Positions 35,010 through 48,894 are shown, numbered from the stretch's first letter. The stretch: DNA of 64,000 bases from Octopus bimaculoides (GCF_001194135.2 NC_068998.1:38863209-38927208), one strand, 5' to 3'. The notes: a model not told the origin generated them from the sequence alone. Program-made: numbers and translations.

Positions 35010-38000
35010 TATTAACTTTATTACTTTAACACTTTACTGCTGTATACTTTTAGAGTGTGCTCTTTTCTGAAGATATGATACATTGACAATATATATGTGT
35101 ATATATATATATATTTATATATATAACAGGTTTCTTTTAATTTCTGTCTACCAAATCTCCTCACAAGACTTTCATTGGCCTAGGGCTATAGTAGAAGACA
35201 CTTGCTCAAGGTGCTACACAGTGGGACTGAATCTGGAAGCTTCTTACTACACAGCTACACTTGCATCTATGTTATTTGAAGTATTTTCCAAAACACATTT
35301 ACATATTAGGAAAAACTGTGACTTAATTAAAGTGGATACACTACAGTTATCAACAAAGCTAATAATCTGTAAAGAAATAAACTGAAACGTCTATAAAATA
35401 TTATCAATGTTTTGTAACACTTCAAGTGTTAGCTGCCTTAAAATCAGATTCTGATGACTCTACATCTGTAAGAGTTGATTTATCTAACTATTTTAATGAG
35501 AGGAAGATGTTATTAACCAAATCCAATTTTCTTCAAAGCCCTCTTTACAAGATTTAATGTCATTAGAATCTGACAAGAAATTCAATACTTCTGTCAAGGG
35601 AAACAAACTGTCACATGAAAGTAAGCTAGCTGCTAATTATGCTGAAATTTGGCAAATAACTTGAATAATATATCTTTCTTTCCGACAGTCATGATAACCT
35701 TTCATAACTTTCAAGATCCAAACCATGGTTTCTAAGGATCTCAGTAGTACTATGCACTCACTTCCTCTTAAATTTCTTCTTAATCTCGTTTCACATCCAT
35801 CATTATTCACACAACAAAAATCTTTTGTACTTAAAATATAAACTTTCCTGGTACAGGTAGTACAGATTGTTCAACAGAATAAAAACCAAATCGTTCATTT
35901 GTGCTATCACCTTCAGTAGTTTCTATTCAAAGTCATTCACGGTCATTATCCATCAATCTGTCACTTCTGTTTTTCATATTACAAGGAGTCAGTTTCAGTT
36001 GTCTGCATTAAACATCAGTTCATGTATTAAACATACATGAAAGTTACTTGTAGTCATCTTTGTGTACAGCCATCTACCTACATGTTCACTAATGTCAACT
36101 GCCTACCATCTTCAAATATATAGAGAGAGTTTCACATGTGTAATGTAGCAAGTTGAAAGCCTTTGATCGCCTGAGGTTGGCTAAATCATTAGTGGACATA
36201 AATTTCTAGGAATGTTTCAAAACTTGCAAACAATCAAGGTAGTTAAATCCAATAAGATTTTTTTCCTTCTTTTTTTTATTTGTTTCAGTCTTCAAGAATT
36301 TTTAGTCGAATAAATTCAAGAAATTTTAGTTGAATAAATTGACCCTAGTATTTATTTTTTAAGCCTGGAACTTATTCTATCATCTCTTTTGCTGAACCAC
36401 TAAGTTACAAGCATAAACACATCAACACCAGTTGTCAAGCAGTGGTGAGAGACAAGCACACATACAAATCCACTCTTAAGGCTTTGGTCAGCCTGAGGCT
36501 ATAGTAGAAGACACTTGCCCAATTTGCTGAGGTAGATTTTCTACAGTTGGATGCCCTTATTGTCACCAACCCTCACCTGTTTCCAAGTATGGTAATATTT
36601 CTCCATGACCAGACATGTTTTCATGGAAGACTGGAAATGAAGGATACTGCTTACATGACAGTGACACTCAATTACAACTATCATGCATTGTCAATGCAAG
36701 GACACAGTTACACACACACACACATATATACATATGTATGTATGTATATATACATAGGAGGCTTCTTTCAGTTTTCATTTACCAAGTCCTCTCATAAAGT
36801 TTTGGTCAGCCCAAGTCTGTAGCAAAGGACATTTGTCTTGGATACCACACAGTGGGAATGGCTTCCCACTCCCGCATCTATACAGCCACACATGGAAGAG
36901 AGCTACTAACCATAACATTTCCAGGCCTTTACCAAACTGAGTTCTCAGACATTTACAGAACAAAGTTTCTGTGCAGCAAAACAATTAAACATACACAACA
37001 GTTATTCAGAAGGCCATTTTGTCAAAGCAAGAATATAGTTGACCATTACTGGTTTCAAATTATGGTACAAGGCCAGCACTTTCTGGGGAGTGGGTAAGTC
37101 AATTACATCACCACCCCCCACCCCCACCCCAGGCTCAACTGATACTTATTTTATCAACCCTAAAGGGATGAAAGGCAAGTTGATCACAGTAGAATTTGAA
37201 CTCAGATGGTCAAAATGCTGCTAAGCATTTTGCCTGGCATGCTAATGATTCTGCCAACTCACCACCTTAAAGTGATAATTAATATTAAATTAATAGACAT
37301 CAGATAACAAGTTCTTGGAGGAAAGCCCCCAGTGCCAAGCCCCCAGCGGAGTACAATATATATTTGCATTTAGCATATTTGTATTTTGTATACAGAATGC
37401 TGCCTTAATGAATTTTTCCTCAACCATATTGTCAATTGTTTCCATCCAAAGCAGATCCTATATAGAAATGCTTTATTTATCAACATGGGTTTTATATAAT
37501 CTCATATCGAGTTTAAATCCTGTTTTTACAAGAGGATTGATAAAATAAAGTCAACTTCAGCAGGATTTGATCATAGAATATTGAGAGATATAACACAAAA
37601 AACACTTCCAAACCCATCATCTTTAAACCATTATCCTTAAACTCTACTAATCCCCCATTCTTAAGGGAATATATCTACCACCTTTTTCTTATCTGTTTGT
37701 ATGCAGGCATGGCTGTGTGGTTGTGTGTCAAGAAACTTGCTTTGCAACCAGGTGGTTTTGGGTTCAGTCTGACTGTGCAGCACCTAGGACAAATGTCTTC
37801 TACTATAGCCCTGAACCAATAAACGCCTTGTGAGTGAATTTTGTAGGCAAAACTGGGAATATATATATATGCATGTACGTGCATGTGTGTGTGTGTGTCT
37901 GTCTGTCTGCACGTGTGTGTGTGTGTGTGTGTGTGGAGACATGTGGTTTAATGTTTAGGGTGTTGTATTCATGATTGTAAGGTTGCAGTTTCAATTCCTG

Positions 38001-39229
38001 GACCAAGCGATGCATTGTGTTCTTGAGCAAAACACTTCGTTTTACGTTGCTCCAGTCTACTCAGCTGGCAAAAATGAGTAATCCCGTAACGGACCAGTGT
38101 CCTGTTTGATGGGGGAAGGGTGGAATTTATACACCACAGAATCTTTGGAAACCAGCCTTATGAGCCTATAGCATTGGGAAAGACTTTTGATCCCTTTTTC
38201 ATATGTATGTAAATGTTATACACGTATGTTTGTGTGCACATGCATGCATGTGTATGTGCGTGTGTGTGTTTCTATGTTTGTATCTGTCCCTCACCCCCAA
38301 CACTTGCAACCAGTTCATGTCACCATAATTTAGCAGTTTGAAAAAAGGAACTGACAGAATAAGTACAAGACTCAGAAAATAACTACTGATGTTGATGATG
38401 TTTCACTAAACACTTAAAGGTGGTGCTCCAGCATGGCCTCAGTCCAGTGACCGAAACAAGTAAAATATAAAAGAAAGAGAAGGCCATAGAAGGATGCAGG
38501 TCTCGTCAATGAAATTGACTCCAGTTCTTGACTGGTACTTTATTTTATTTGTCTTGGAAAGGAGGAAAAAGCTAAAGTGACTTCAGCAGGATTCGAACTC
38601 AGAATGTACAGGGTTATAATTAAATAATATCTTAAGACACTTAATCCATCATATTGCCAAATGTGAGGAATATTTAATATAATTCCATTGAAACTATCTT
38701 TATTTCTCACTTCCCATTCAATCGCTTGTTTTGTGGATGTGAAGGTATTCCAAGAGACCCAAGGAGGTGCAGAGGAAATACAAACACAGCAAACCCTGAA
38801 AATGTGTGAGCATAAGTGTGAGGATTGAGGAAAGAAGAATAAATAAAAAAGAAGAAAAAAAAGAAGTAAAAAGACAAAAAAAAATAGAAAAATAAAACTA
38901 AAACAAGTAAGAATCCAGAAAAGTGATAAAGTGATTTTGGGTTTGTTTAACTTTGCATTCTTCTCTGGTGTTATCTCTTCTGCCGAACTGCACTTATTCC
39001 TCTTTGTTCTTTTAGAGGTGCAATGACAAGCAACGGTGGTGGGTGTGGTGGCGATGGTGGTGGTTGCTGCTGTTATTGTTGCTGTTGTTGTTGTGGTGGT
39101 GATGGTGGTGGTGGTGGTGGTGGTGAGAAGAGATTTTAATTGGTTCGCATGCTTTCTCATTTCTTCTCTCTATCTACCTCTCACTCTCATTCACTCTCTC
39201 TTTCCCTCTTTCTCTATTTGCATATATTT

Positions 39230-40071
39230 ATATATTTATATATGTGTGTGTGTGAGTGCATATGTGCATCTGTGTAAGTGAGTGTAAATATTTACTTACA
39301 TATGAATATATTACATATGTGTGTGTGTGTGTGTGTTGGTGTGTCTTTGTGTGTGTGTGTGTGTTGGTGAGTCTTTGTGCGTGTTTGTGTGATTGTGTGT
39401 GTTGGTAAGTATGAATGTATTTACATATGAATGTATGCATGTGCATACACACATGCATACACCACACACACACGCATGCATGCACACACACGCACACATT
39501 CACACATACAGCTATCTCTTTTCACTCACTATTTCTGCTACATAGTCTCAACCACCCTATTTCTGTCTTCTTTCTCTCTCACTCACTCACTTTCATTCCT
39601 TCTCTCCCTCTCACTCTCATTCTTTCTTCATCTCTCTTTCACTCTCTCTCTCTGTTTCGTCTTCCTGCCTGTCTCTCCACATTTCTATTATATTTCATTG
39701 TTCCTCCTTTTTTCCTTCTCTCTATCTATTTCTCTCTTATATCTTATCCTAATCTTTCCTTTCTCTCTCTCTTTGTATTTCTCCCTTACATTGTATTTAT
39801 CAGTTTTTATTTGTTCAATTGTTTCACCTTCTTTTTCTTTCCCCACTCTTTCTGCCTTCTCTATCAATTTATTAATCTATCTCTCCCTCTTTCTGCATCT
39901 AGCTATCTGTCTTTCTGTGCATCTATCACTGTCAATCTATCTACCTATCTATCTATCTATGTACCTATCTATCAGTCTGTCTATCTATCTTTCTATCAGT
40001 CTGTCTATCTATCTATCTATCAGTCTGTCTATCTATCTATCTATCAGTCTGTCTATCTATCTATCTATCAG

Positions 40072-40110
<39 letters not shown>

Positions 40111-40296
40111 GTCTGTCTGTCTGTCTATCTACCTACCTACCTACCTACCTGTCTGTCTGTCTGTCTCCTACATTATTTCACTCTACAGTATTTCTGTCTA
40201 TCAAACTGTCCCATTCTGCCCCTCTTTCTCTCCCTCTATCTATCTATCTATCTATCTAGTTATCTATCTACCTCTTTATCTCTCTCCCTATCTCTC

Positions 40297-40338
<42 letters not shown>

Positions 40339-40370
40339 ATTTTCTCCCTCTCTTCCGTCTTTTCTATCCA
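39230..40370. repeat. Low-complexity block: TG/CA, CT-rich, (CTAT)n/(CTGT)n, (CT)n
   Basis: Direct reading; it explains the 316-aa and 328-aa ORFs. Confidence 0.95.
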
Positions 40371-41459
40371 AACCATATTGAACAACAATAAACTAGCTTG
40401 AAATATAAAGACACTTGGGAATCAAGCTTTCAGAAATGTTTGCCTGAATTTCTATTTTATGGAGATAAACCAATGGAAAATGGGAAGAATGTGAGATAAT
40501 CAATGGAACCAAGAGATTTATAAAAGAATTCTCTCTGAAACGAAGAAAAGAATCAAGTGAAAGAAAGAGACAAAGAAAGTAAGACATATTAATCCAAGCT
40601 GCACAAAGTCCCTAAATTGATAGCATGTCATGATTGACACTTGCTACCTTTGACATCTGAACTTGACAGACTCATTTCAATATTGCTCCTAAACCAGAGA
40701 ACTGTTAATTCAGATGGCAAGACAAAAGGAAGATTCCGGAACATCTCATCTGCTATAAAACTTTTAGTCATTTAGTCAATGTAATTCCTTAATGAAAGAT
40801 GTTAAATGATCTGCTGACATTTCTTTATGGACAGACATTCAATCTTCTGAGTCTTTTCAAATAAAGTGCAAGCCATTTATTGTGATCGCTTTGGGACGAA
40901 GCCTTTGCAGTGACAATACCTGGCTGATAACAATAACCAGCTGATAAGATCAAGCAAAGAAAGAATTTGGGACTCACTAATTTAAATAACAACAACTGGT
41001 TGATAACATTTTCTGTAATCATAATCATTTTCTATAATCATAATTTGGAGTTAGGAAGGGCATCCAGCTGTAGAAACTCTAGCAAATCAAATCAGAGCCT
41101 GGTGTCGCCTCCTGGTCCACCAGTCCTCAGTCAAATCATCTAGCCCATGCTAGCATGGAAAGCAGACGTTAAACAACGACGATGATGATGATGATGATGA
41201 TCCTTTCTCACGTAAGCACAAGATCACAAATTTTGGAGGAAGGGGGTCAGTCGATTAAATCAAACCCAGTACTTCACTGGTACTTTATTTTATCAATCCT
41301 GAAAAGATGAATGATAATTTGGCTCAGCAAGGTTTGAACCAGTGGCATATGGTGGTTGTTGTATTGGGTCTCCTGCCACACCCAATGCCGCCAAATTTCA
41401 AGCAGGGATATAACAAAAGTTTTCCATTAAGATTTGTGATTAAATTAAGGAGCAGGGCT

Positions 41460-41975
41460 TATTCTTTTATTCTTTTACTAGTTTCAGTCATTTGACTGCG
41501 GCCATGCTGGAGCACCGCCTTTAGTCTAGCAAATCGACCCCAGGACACTTATTCTTTGTAAGCCTAGTACTTATTCTATTGGTCTCTTTTTGCCAAACCG
41601 CTAAGTTACAGGGACGTAAACACACCAGCATCGGTTGTCAAGCGATGGTGGGAGGNNNNNNNNNNNNNNNNNNNNNNNNNNNNNNNNNNNNNNNNNNNNN
41701 NNNNNNNNNNNNNNNNNNNNNNNNNNNNNNNNNNNNNNNNNNNNNNNNNNNNNNNNNNNNNNNNNNNNNNNNNNNNNNNNNNNNNNNNNNNNNNNNNNNN
41801 NNNNNNNNNNNNNNNNNATATACGATGGGTTCTTTCAGTTTCCGTCTACCAAATCCACTCACAAGGCTTTGGTCGACCCGAGGCTATAGTAGAAGACACT
41901 TGCCCAAGGTGCCATGCAGTGGGACTGAACCCAGAACCATGTGGTTGGTAAGCAAACTACTTACCACACAGCCAG
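41460..41975 (-). mobile_element. CORE-type SINE spanning an assembly gap
   Basis: Both halves flank the N run 41656-41817 where the internal microsatellite lies. Confidence 0.85.
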
Positions 41976-42913
41976 CCATTTTCGATGGGCGTGCAGCACA
42001 CACCTAGCACACCCAGAATATATGGCCCTGGTTTGAATTCATAACATAAAAGATTACAGCTAAATATTTATCTTTCTAATTTTGGCACAAGGCCAGCAAA
42101 CTTGAGGGGAGAGGGGGCAAGACGATTACATTGACTCCAATACTTGACAGATAATTATTTCTTCGACCCCGCAAAAGGATAAAAGGCAAAGTCAACCTTG
42201 GCAGGATACGAACTCAGAATGTACAAAACCAGAAGAAATGCTAACAATTATTTTGTCAGACATGCTAACAATTCTACTAGTTCACCCCCTTAAAGAGCTA
42301 TCACTAAATACCACAACACATTATGCTCGATGCTCTACTGACTCTGCCAATTTTCAGTCCAATTTGCTGTGATTATAACGAGTTGCTTTTATTGAATTTC
42401 TATATTTCCCACTGTAGCATTCTGGGATGGTTAATGCCTAAGCCATACTCAGCATTTGCTACTAATACACTAATGTTCATTAATTCTAATTGTTCCATGC
42501 TATTTCTCTTCTGTTTCTCTCTATTTCATGTATTCTGCCCTATTTATTTTCCTATCTAAACATATTACACAGTGTCTCTTATTTTGCTATTTAATCTTGT
42601 GATGTTTATTCTAGGAAATGGCATTCATGTTACCTACTTTACCGTTATTGTGATAATTACCATACTCTGTTCTGTGTACTTTTCTCTGCAACTGATATAT
42701 TATTAGTATTATTAAATCATTATTATTATTATTACAATGATTATAATTAGTATTATTTTTTCTATTGTATATTATGAATACTTCCCTTCTTTGTTTATTG
42801 TATATTGTGTATACTTCCTTTCATTTTTTTTTCTATATCTTTGCATTATATATAAACCCCCAAACTTTTACGTCGTCCTTCTAAATCCTTCGCCCTGGTG
42901 GAAAATAAAAGAA

Positions 42914-42914
<1 letters not shown>

Positions 42915-42991
<77 letters not shown>

Positions 42992-43157
42992 TTATGTTTG
43001 ACTTTTGTTTTGCATTTGTACAAGTTGGATCCAAGTCTCACCCAGAGACCTCAAGAGACAACAAGTTAGAAGTTCATGTAGGTGTTATGCCTAGGGTACC
43101 ATATATTTGGATTTGTACAGTTTTGTTCAAGTGAATGTTTAAGAAACCATAAGAAAA
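42915..43157 (-). mobile_element. LINE 3' end with (AAT)n tail, probably R4/Dong type; truncated by the gap
   Basis: (ATT)n at 42915-42992 abuts ATGTTTGACTTTTGTTTTGCATTTGTACAAGTTGGATCCAAGTCTCACCCAGAGACCTC. Family assignment from memory. Confidence 0.5.
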
Positions 43158-43768
43158 NNNNNNNNNNNNNNNNNNNNNNNNNNNNNNNNNNNNNNNNNNN
43201 NNNNNNNNNNNNNNNNNNNNNNNNNNNNNNNNNNNNNNNNNNNNNNNNNNNNNNNNNNNNNNNNNNNNNNNNNNNNNNNNNNNNNNNNNNNNNNNNNNNN
43301 NNNNNNNNNNNNNNNNNNNNNNNNNNNNNNNNNNNNNNNNNNNNNNNNNNNNNNNNNNNNNNNNNNNNNNNNNNNNNNNNNNNNNNNNNNNNNNNNNNNN
43401 NNNNNNNNNNNNNNNNNNNNNNNNNNNNNNNNNNNNNNNNNNNNNNNNNNNNNNNNNNNNNNNNNNNNNNNNNNNNNNNNNNNNNNNNNNNNNNNNNNNN
43501 NNNNNNNNNNNNNNNNNNNNNNNNNNNNNNNNNNNNNNNNNNNNNNNNNNNNNNNNNNNNNNNNNNNNNNNNNNNNNNNNNNNNNNNNNNNNNNNNNNNN
43601 NNNNNNNNNNNNNNNNNNNNNNNNNNNNNNNNNNNNNNNNNNNNNNNNNNNNNNNNNNNNNNNNNNNNNNNNNNNNNNNNNNNNNNNNNNNNNNNNNNNN
43701 NNNNNNNNNNNNNNNNNNNNNNNNNNNNNNNNNNNNNNNNNNNNNNNNNNNNNNNNNNNNNNNNNNNN
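43158..43768. other. Assembly gap (N). Other gaps: 8928-9025, 20157-20166, 26300-26309, 27302-27311, 41656-41817, 54707-55587, 59084-59562, 62339-63096
   Basis: Direct reading. Confidence 0.99.
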
Positions 43769-44459
43769 ACAAAATGCTTAGCGGTATTTTGCCCGTCACT
43801 TCATTCCGAGTTCAAATTCTGCCAAGGCTGACTTTACCTTTCATCCTCTTGGGGTTGATAAAAACAAGTACCAGTTGAACACTGGTGTTGATGTAACTGA
43901 CTTATCCCCTCCCCAAAAATTGCTGCCCTTGTGGCAAAATATGAAAACATTATTATTATTATTATTAAGGCAGCAAGCTCGCAGAATCATTAGCACGCCG
44001 GGTAAAATGCTTAGTCTGTCTTCATGTTCTGAGTTCAAATGCCACTGGGATCGACTTTCTCTTTCATCCTTTCAGGGTCAATAAATTAAGTACCAGTTAT
44101 GCACTGGGATTGATGTAATTGACTGGTTCCCTCTCCCAAAATTTCAGGCCTTGTGCCAATAGTAGAAGGGAATATTATTATTATTATTATTATTATTATA
44201 TAACTGACAGCTCATTTTGCTGGGTAGGATGGAAAGTGTCAGCTGTCCACAGCCAGCAGACTAAGGTGACACTTGTTTACTGGTCATGCTTCAAGAATCC
44301 TGTGAAGAATTCTTGTAGTTCCAAGCAATGCTCATTTTTGTAGGTGTTCTACCTTCAGGCTTGCACCAATCTTTTTCAGCCGTGTTGGTAGCTGAGTGGT
44401 GATACTTCCAAGTGCACCAATTACTATTGGTATCATGCCTACTCTCTTCATTGACCACA

Positions 44460-44600
44460 GCAACACTTGCCACTTGCCATATTAATGTTGAGCACTTAAT
44501 ACAAGAACAAAACCCAAGACAAAACATTGCAGATACACTAGGCACACAGAGTTGTGCTTGATAGTTCAGTAAAAAAACACAACAAAAGACTACTGGATGA
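44460..44600 (+). mobile_element. R4/Dong-type LINE 3' UTR fragment
   Basis: Closely similar to 49575-49710. Confidence 0.65.
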
Positions 44601-46143
44601 CAATGATGATGACAATGACAACGGTAGTGGTGGAGGTAGTGGTGGTGAAGATGATGATGATGATAGTAGAGGTGGTGGTGTGATAGTGATGGTGGTTGTG
44701 GCAGCAAAGGTGTTAGTGGTGATGATGACCATAATGATGATTAGGAGGAGAAGGAGGAGGAGGACAGGAGACAAGAGGGAGAGGATGGAAGACAGGAGGG
44801 GGGAGAATGATGACAGCAGCAACAATGACCACAACAACAACAATAACAACAACAACGATACCTCGTGACCTTGTAATCTAATCCACAATTATTGTCTCAG
44901 ATTATCTTCCAGTTTAGAATGACCAGAAATTGGTTTAATATTTCGGAACTGACAAACAAAAGCCATCCAATGTTACATCTGCCCTTTTGCTGGGTTGCTA
45001 AATAATTCAGTTACTGTAGTTTTTAGAGACAAACTGATTAACAGAGAAATGGTTTGACATTTTGTGTTTCCTCAACAATAACTCAATATTTTTGTTTTGC
45101 CTGATAAATTATCATTATAATTTCAGTAATTTAATATTTTTGTTTACGAGAGAGCCAGACAATGGTTTTTACCCCTTAAAATATGGTGCTATTAACACAA
45201 GTGACTGCATTATTGTTAGTGTGACAGAACACACAGAGAAAAATGAAATAAAATAAAATTATATAAAATGAAATAAAATAAAATAAAATAAAACAGAAAC
45301 AATTATTTTTGATGTGTTTCCTTTTGTGTCTGAATTAGTGTGAAGTGAATGGTTTGTTGTTATTGATGCTATTATTGTTGTTGTTCTTGTTGTTGTTTTA
45401 TTAGAAGACACTCCTAACAAAAGCAGCAATAGAACAGGTCTCAAGCAACCACCTTGCAGGGAGTTAAAAGAGATATTAATAATAATGGCTTCAAATTTTG
45501 GCGCATGGCTAGCAGGTTGTAGGCAGGGGGTTAAGCCAATTACATCAACCCTACCCCCGCCAATGTTCAATGGTTACTTATCTTATCAACACCCCTGGAA
45601 AGATGAAAGGCAAAATCAACTTCAACAGAGTGGGATTTGGTTGATGGAAACTGAAGGAAACATCATCATCATCATGATTTAATGTCCATTGTCCATGCTG
45701 GCATGGGTTGGACGGTGTGACCAGAGCTGGCAAACTGGGGGGGGGCGGGGATTTGCTTCACCAGACTCCAGTCTGATTTGGCATGGCGTCTACAGCTGGA
45801 TGCCCTTCCTAGTGCTAACCACTTTACAGAGTGTACTGGATGTTTTTACATGGCACTGCACAGGCACTTTTATGTGACACCATACAGGCACTTTTATATG
45901 GCACCATCATGGGTGCTTTACACAACCAGAAGGATCAGTCTTAACATTTCTACTGTGGAGTACGAGTTTTCTGCAGTACAGCCAAGAGCCAGGTGTCTTG
46001 GCCCTTTGTCATTTTGCCTGAAAGGTTCAGCTTCAAAGGTTCCATATGTGTGTGTGTGCGTGTGTGTGTCTGTGTTAATGTATGTATATATGTATATACA
46101 TACATGTATGTGCGCGTGTGTGTGTGTATATATATATATATAT

Positions 46144-46332
46144 CCCGGAGTAAGCACATAAATGTGAAACAAGGTGGAAAAAAGAGTACTCAAATACCAG
46201 AGGTAGAGTAATATGCTTTATTTAAAAGCAGCAGAAAATATAACAAAAGCTGTTTCACGTTCCCATTCATTGGACAAAACTGTCCAATGAATGGGAACAT
46301 GAAACTCTGAGTAACAGCTTTTGTTATATTTT
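46144..46332. mobile_element. Penelope-like terminal-repeat fragment arranged as an inverted repeat, inserted in (TA)n
   Basis: Arms 46235-46276 and 46281-46332 are reverse complements apart from one mismatch and a 10-nt indel, with a 4-nt spacer. It contains an HHR motif. Confidence 0.7.
46280..46317 (+). ncRNA. Type I hammerhead motif (third family), core partly decayed
   Basis: CTGT-CCAATGA-ATG(GGAA)CAT-GAAA-CTCTGA-GTA-ACAG. Stem I is CTGT/ACAG, stem II ATG/CAT, stem III ACTC/GAGT, with a GUA site. CUGAUGA appears as CCAAUGA. Confidence 0.65.
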
Positions 46333-46353
46333 GTATATATACTTTTAAATAAA

Positions 46354-46431
<78 letters not shown>

Positions 46432-46592
46432 TTGGCATTAGGAAGGGCATCCAGCTATAGGAACCAAGCCCAAATTGATGAGTGGAGCCAGGTGCAGCTC
46501 TCTAGCTTACCAGCTCCAGTCAAACCATCTAACCTATGCCAGTATGGAAAAGAGATGCGAAATGATAATAATGATGATGAGGAGGCTATATA

Positions 46593-46656
<64 letters not shown>

Positions 46657-47359
46657 CATACATGTGTGGGTCTATGTTTATGTGTATGTATTACTGTCTC
46701 TTTGCTTTGACATCTTGTGAAAGTTGTAAATGAATGTCGCCGTCATGCAAGTCATAGACTTTTATTTCAAATCTTCTGTGAAAACATGCCTGATCATAAA
46801 GAAATATTACTTTTTACTTGGAAATAAGCAAGGGTCAGCAACAGGAAGCACATCCAGTCACAGAAATCTATCTTAACAAATTCAGTCCAACACATGCAAG
46901 GATGGAAAAGTGGACATTAAATAATGATGAAACCTTGCAGCAAAACAATTTACTGCTACCTAACACTGAAAGCAACTTATTTACCATTGTTTAGATAAAG
47001 TCAGTACTATATATTGCATCAATCCATCCCTAACAAGCCATTTCAAGTACTGTTTCACCTCTTCCACCCTATCAATGCATTGCAATTCACACATCTCATG
47101 TACCGAATAACATGACCAACCTTATACATTACACATTAGTTAGTTTTCGCAAAGCTGAAGACATGGCATAACGTTTACTTTGATCTGTTTAATTAAAGTT
47201 TTCAGCTTCTACACAAGCATATTTTTGCTTTTTCTTTTACAGATTAACAATATTTAATGACTACTTGGGTTTCTATCAAACAAAATCAATGTCAGGATGT
47301 ACTGAATGGTCTCTCTTTGTAGTAGCAATAATAGTGTAAAAGCTGATGATGATGATGAT

Positions 47360-47394
<35 letters not shown>

Positions 47395-48894
47395 TGATGA
47401 CGATGACGATGATGATGATTTCTAACATATACACAAAGCCACAAATTTGGTTGGAGTTGTACAGTCTGTTATGTAAATCCTGTACACGAATTGTATTTAT
47501 TTTATTGATTCTGAAAAGATGAAAGGCAAACTTCGCCCTGGTGGGATTTGAACTCAAAGACATTTCTAAATATCACAGAAAATTTGTTCTACGCTTTACC
47601 ATTTCCACCATCAACAACTCATTAATAATAAGGGTCGCAAATTTTGGCACAAGGCCAGCAATTTTGGGGAAGTGTGTTAAGTCGATTACATTGATCCCAG
47701 GGTTCAAGTGGTACTTATTTTATTGACCCTGTAAAGGTGAAAGGCAAAGCTGCTGACCTCAGCAGAATTTGAACTCAGAAGGTGAAGACAAACGAAATGT
47801 TGCTAAGCATTTTGTCCAGTGTGGTAACGATTCCGCCAGCTCACCACCTTCAACCTGTTAATAATGGTTTTGAATTTTGTCACAAGGCCAGCAATTTTGA
47901 GGGAGGGTGTAAGTTGCTTACATCAACCCCAGTGTTCAACTGGTACTTATTTCATCAATCCCAAAAAGATGAAAGGCAAAGTTGACCTTGGCAGAATTTG
48001 AACATAGAACATAAAGACAGACGAAATGCAGCAAAGCAGTGTGGCCAACACAGTAACTATTCTGCCAGCTCACCACCTTTATAATGGTTTCTATAAAGGT
48101 GGTGAGCCCAGTCCTGGAACTGAAACCACAATCTTATGATCATGAGTCCAACGCCCTAACCACTAAGCCACATAAATTCCACCATGTAAGAGTTGTCCCT
48201 TTCATTGTTGTTGTTACTACTACCACTGTCTTTAAAACCAGCTGTTGAATATTCGGGATGTTTTTTTTTCTTTTAATTGTTCAGCAAGCTGTTCATTTCT
48301 CCTTTTTTGATTCCATGTCCTTTTTATTTTATTTTCTTTATGTTTTGCTGTTACAGTATTCAGTTGTGTAACAGAAGGTTATTTGGTAGCATTTTCAATG
48401 TAAAAACATAATGTCATCATCATCATCAACTAACATCCATCTTCCATGCTGGCATGGGTTAGATGGTTTGACTGAAAACCGGTAAGCTGGGGAGCTGCAC
48501 CAGGTTCTAATCTGATTTGGTTTGGTTTCTATGGCTGGATATCCTTCCTAATGCCAATCATTCCAAGAATGTAGTGGGTGTTTTTTACATGCCACCGGCA
48601 CGGGTGCCAGTTATGCAACACCAGCATCAGCCACAACTACGATCTCACTTGGCTTGACAGGTCTTCTCAAACATGGTATATTGCCAAAGGTTTCGGTCAC
48701 TTGTCACTGCCTCTGTGAGGCCCAACGTTCAAACAGTGCTTTTTACATGCCACTGGCATGGGTGCCAGTTATGTGACGCTGACATTGTCACATAATTTCA
48801 AGACTTTGTAAAACAAACCGTTTTTATGTTATATACAAGTGGTGGTGGTGGTGGTGGTACTTCTGTAGTTGGTTGTGATGATGTTAGTGGTGGT

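Noticed and set aside
35451-35480. CTGATGA as a hammerhead core
   Set aside because: No GAAA after the possible stem II and no stem I.
39415-40401. 328-aa and 316-aa ORFs
   Set aside because: They are translations of CT/CTAT/CA simple repeats (LSIY, SLSL, HT runs) and stay open only because the repeats lack stops.
47243-47339. Strong acceptor followed by LTIFNDYLGFYQTKSM...
   Set aside because: Short, no homology recognised, and no linked exons.
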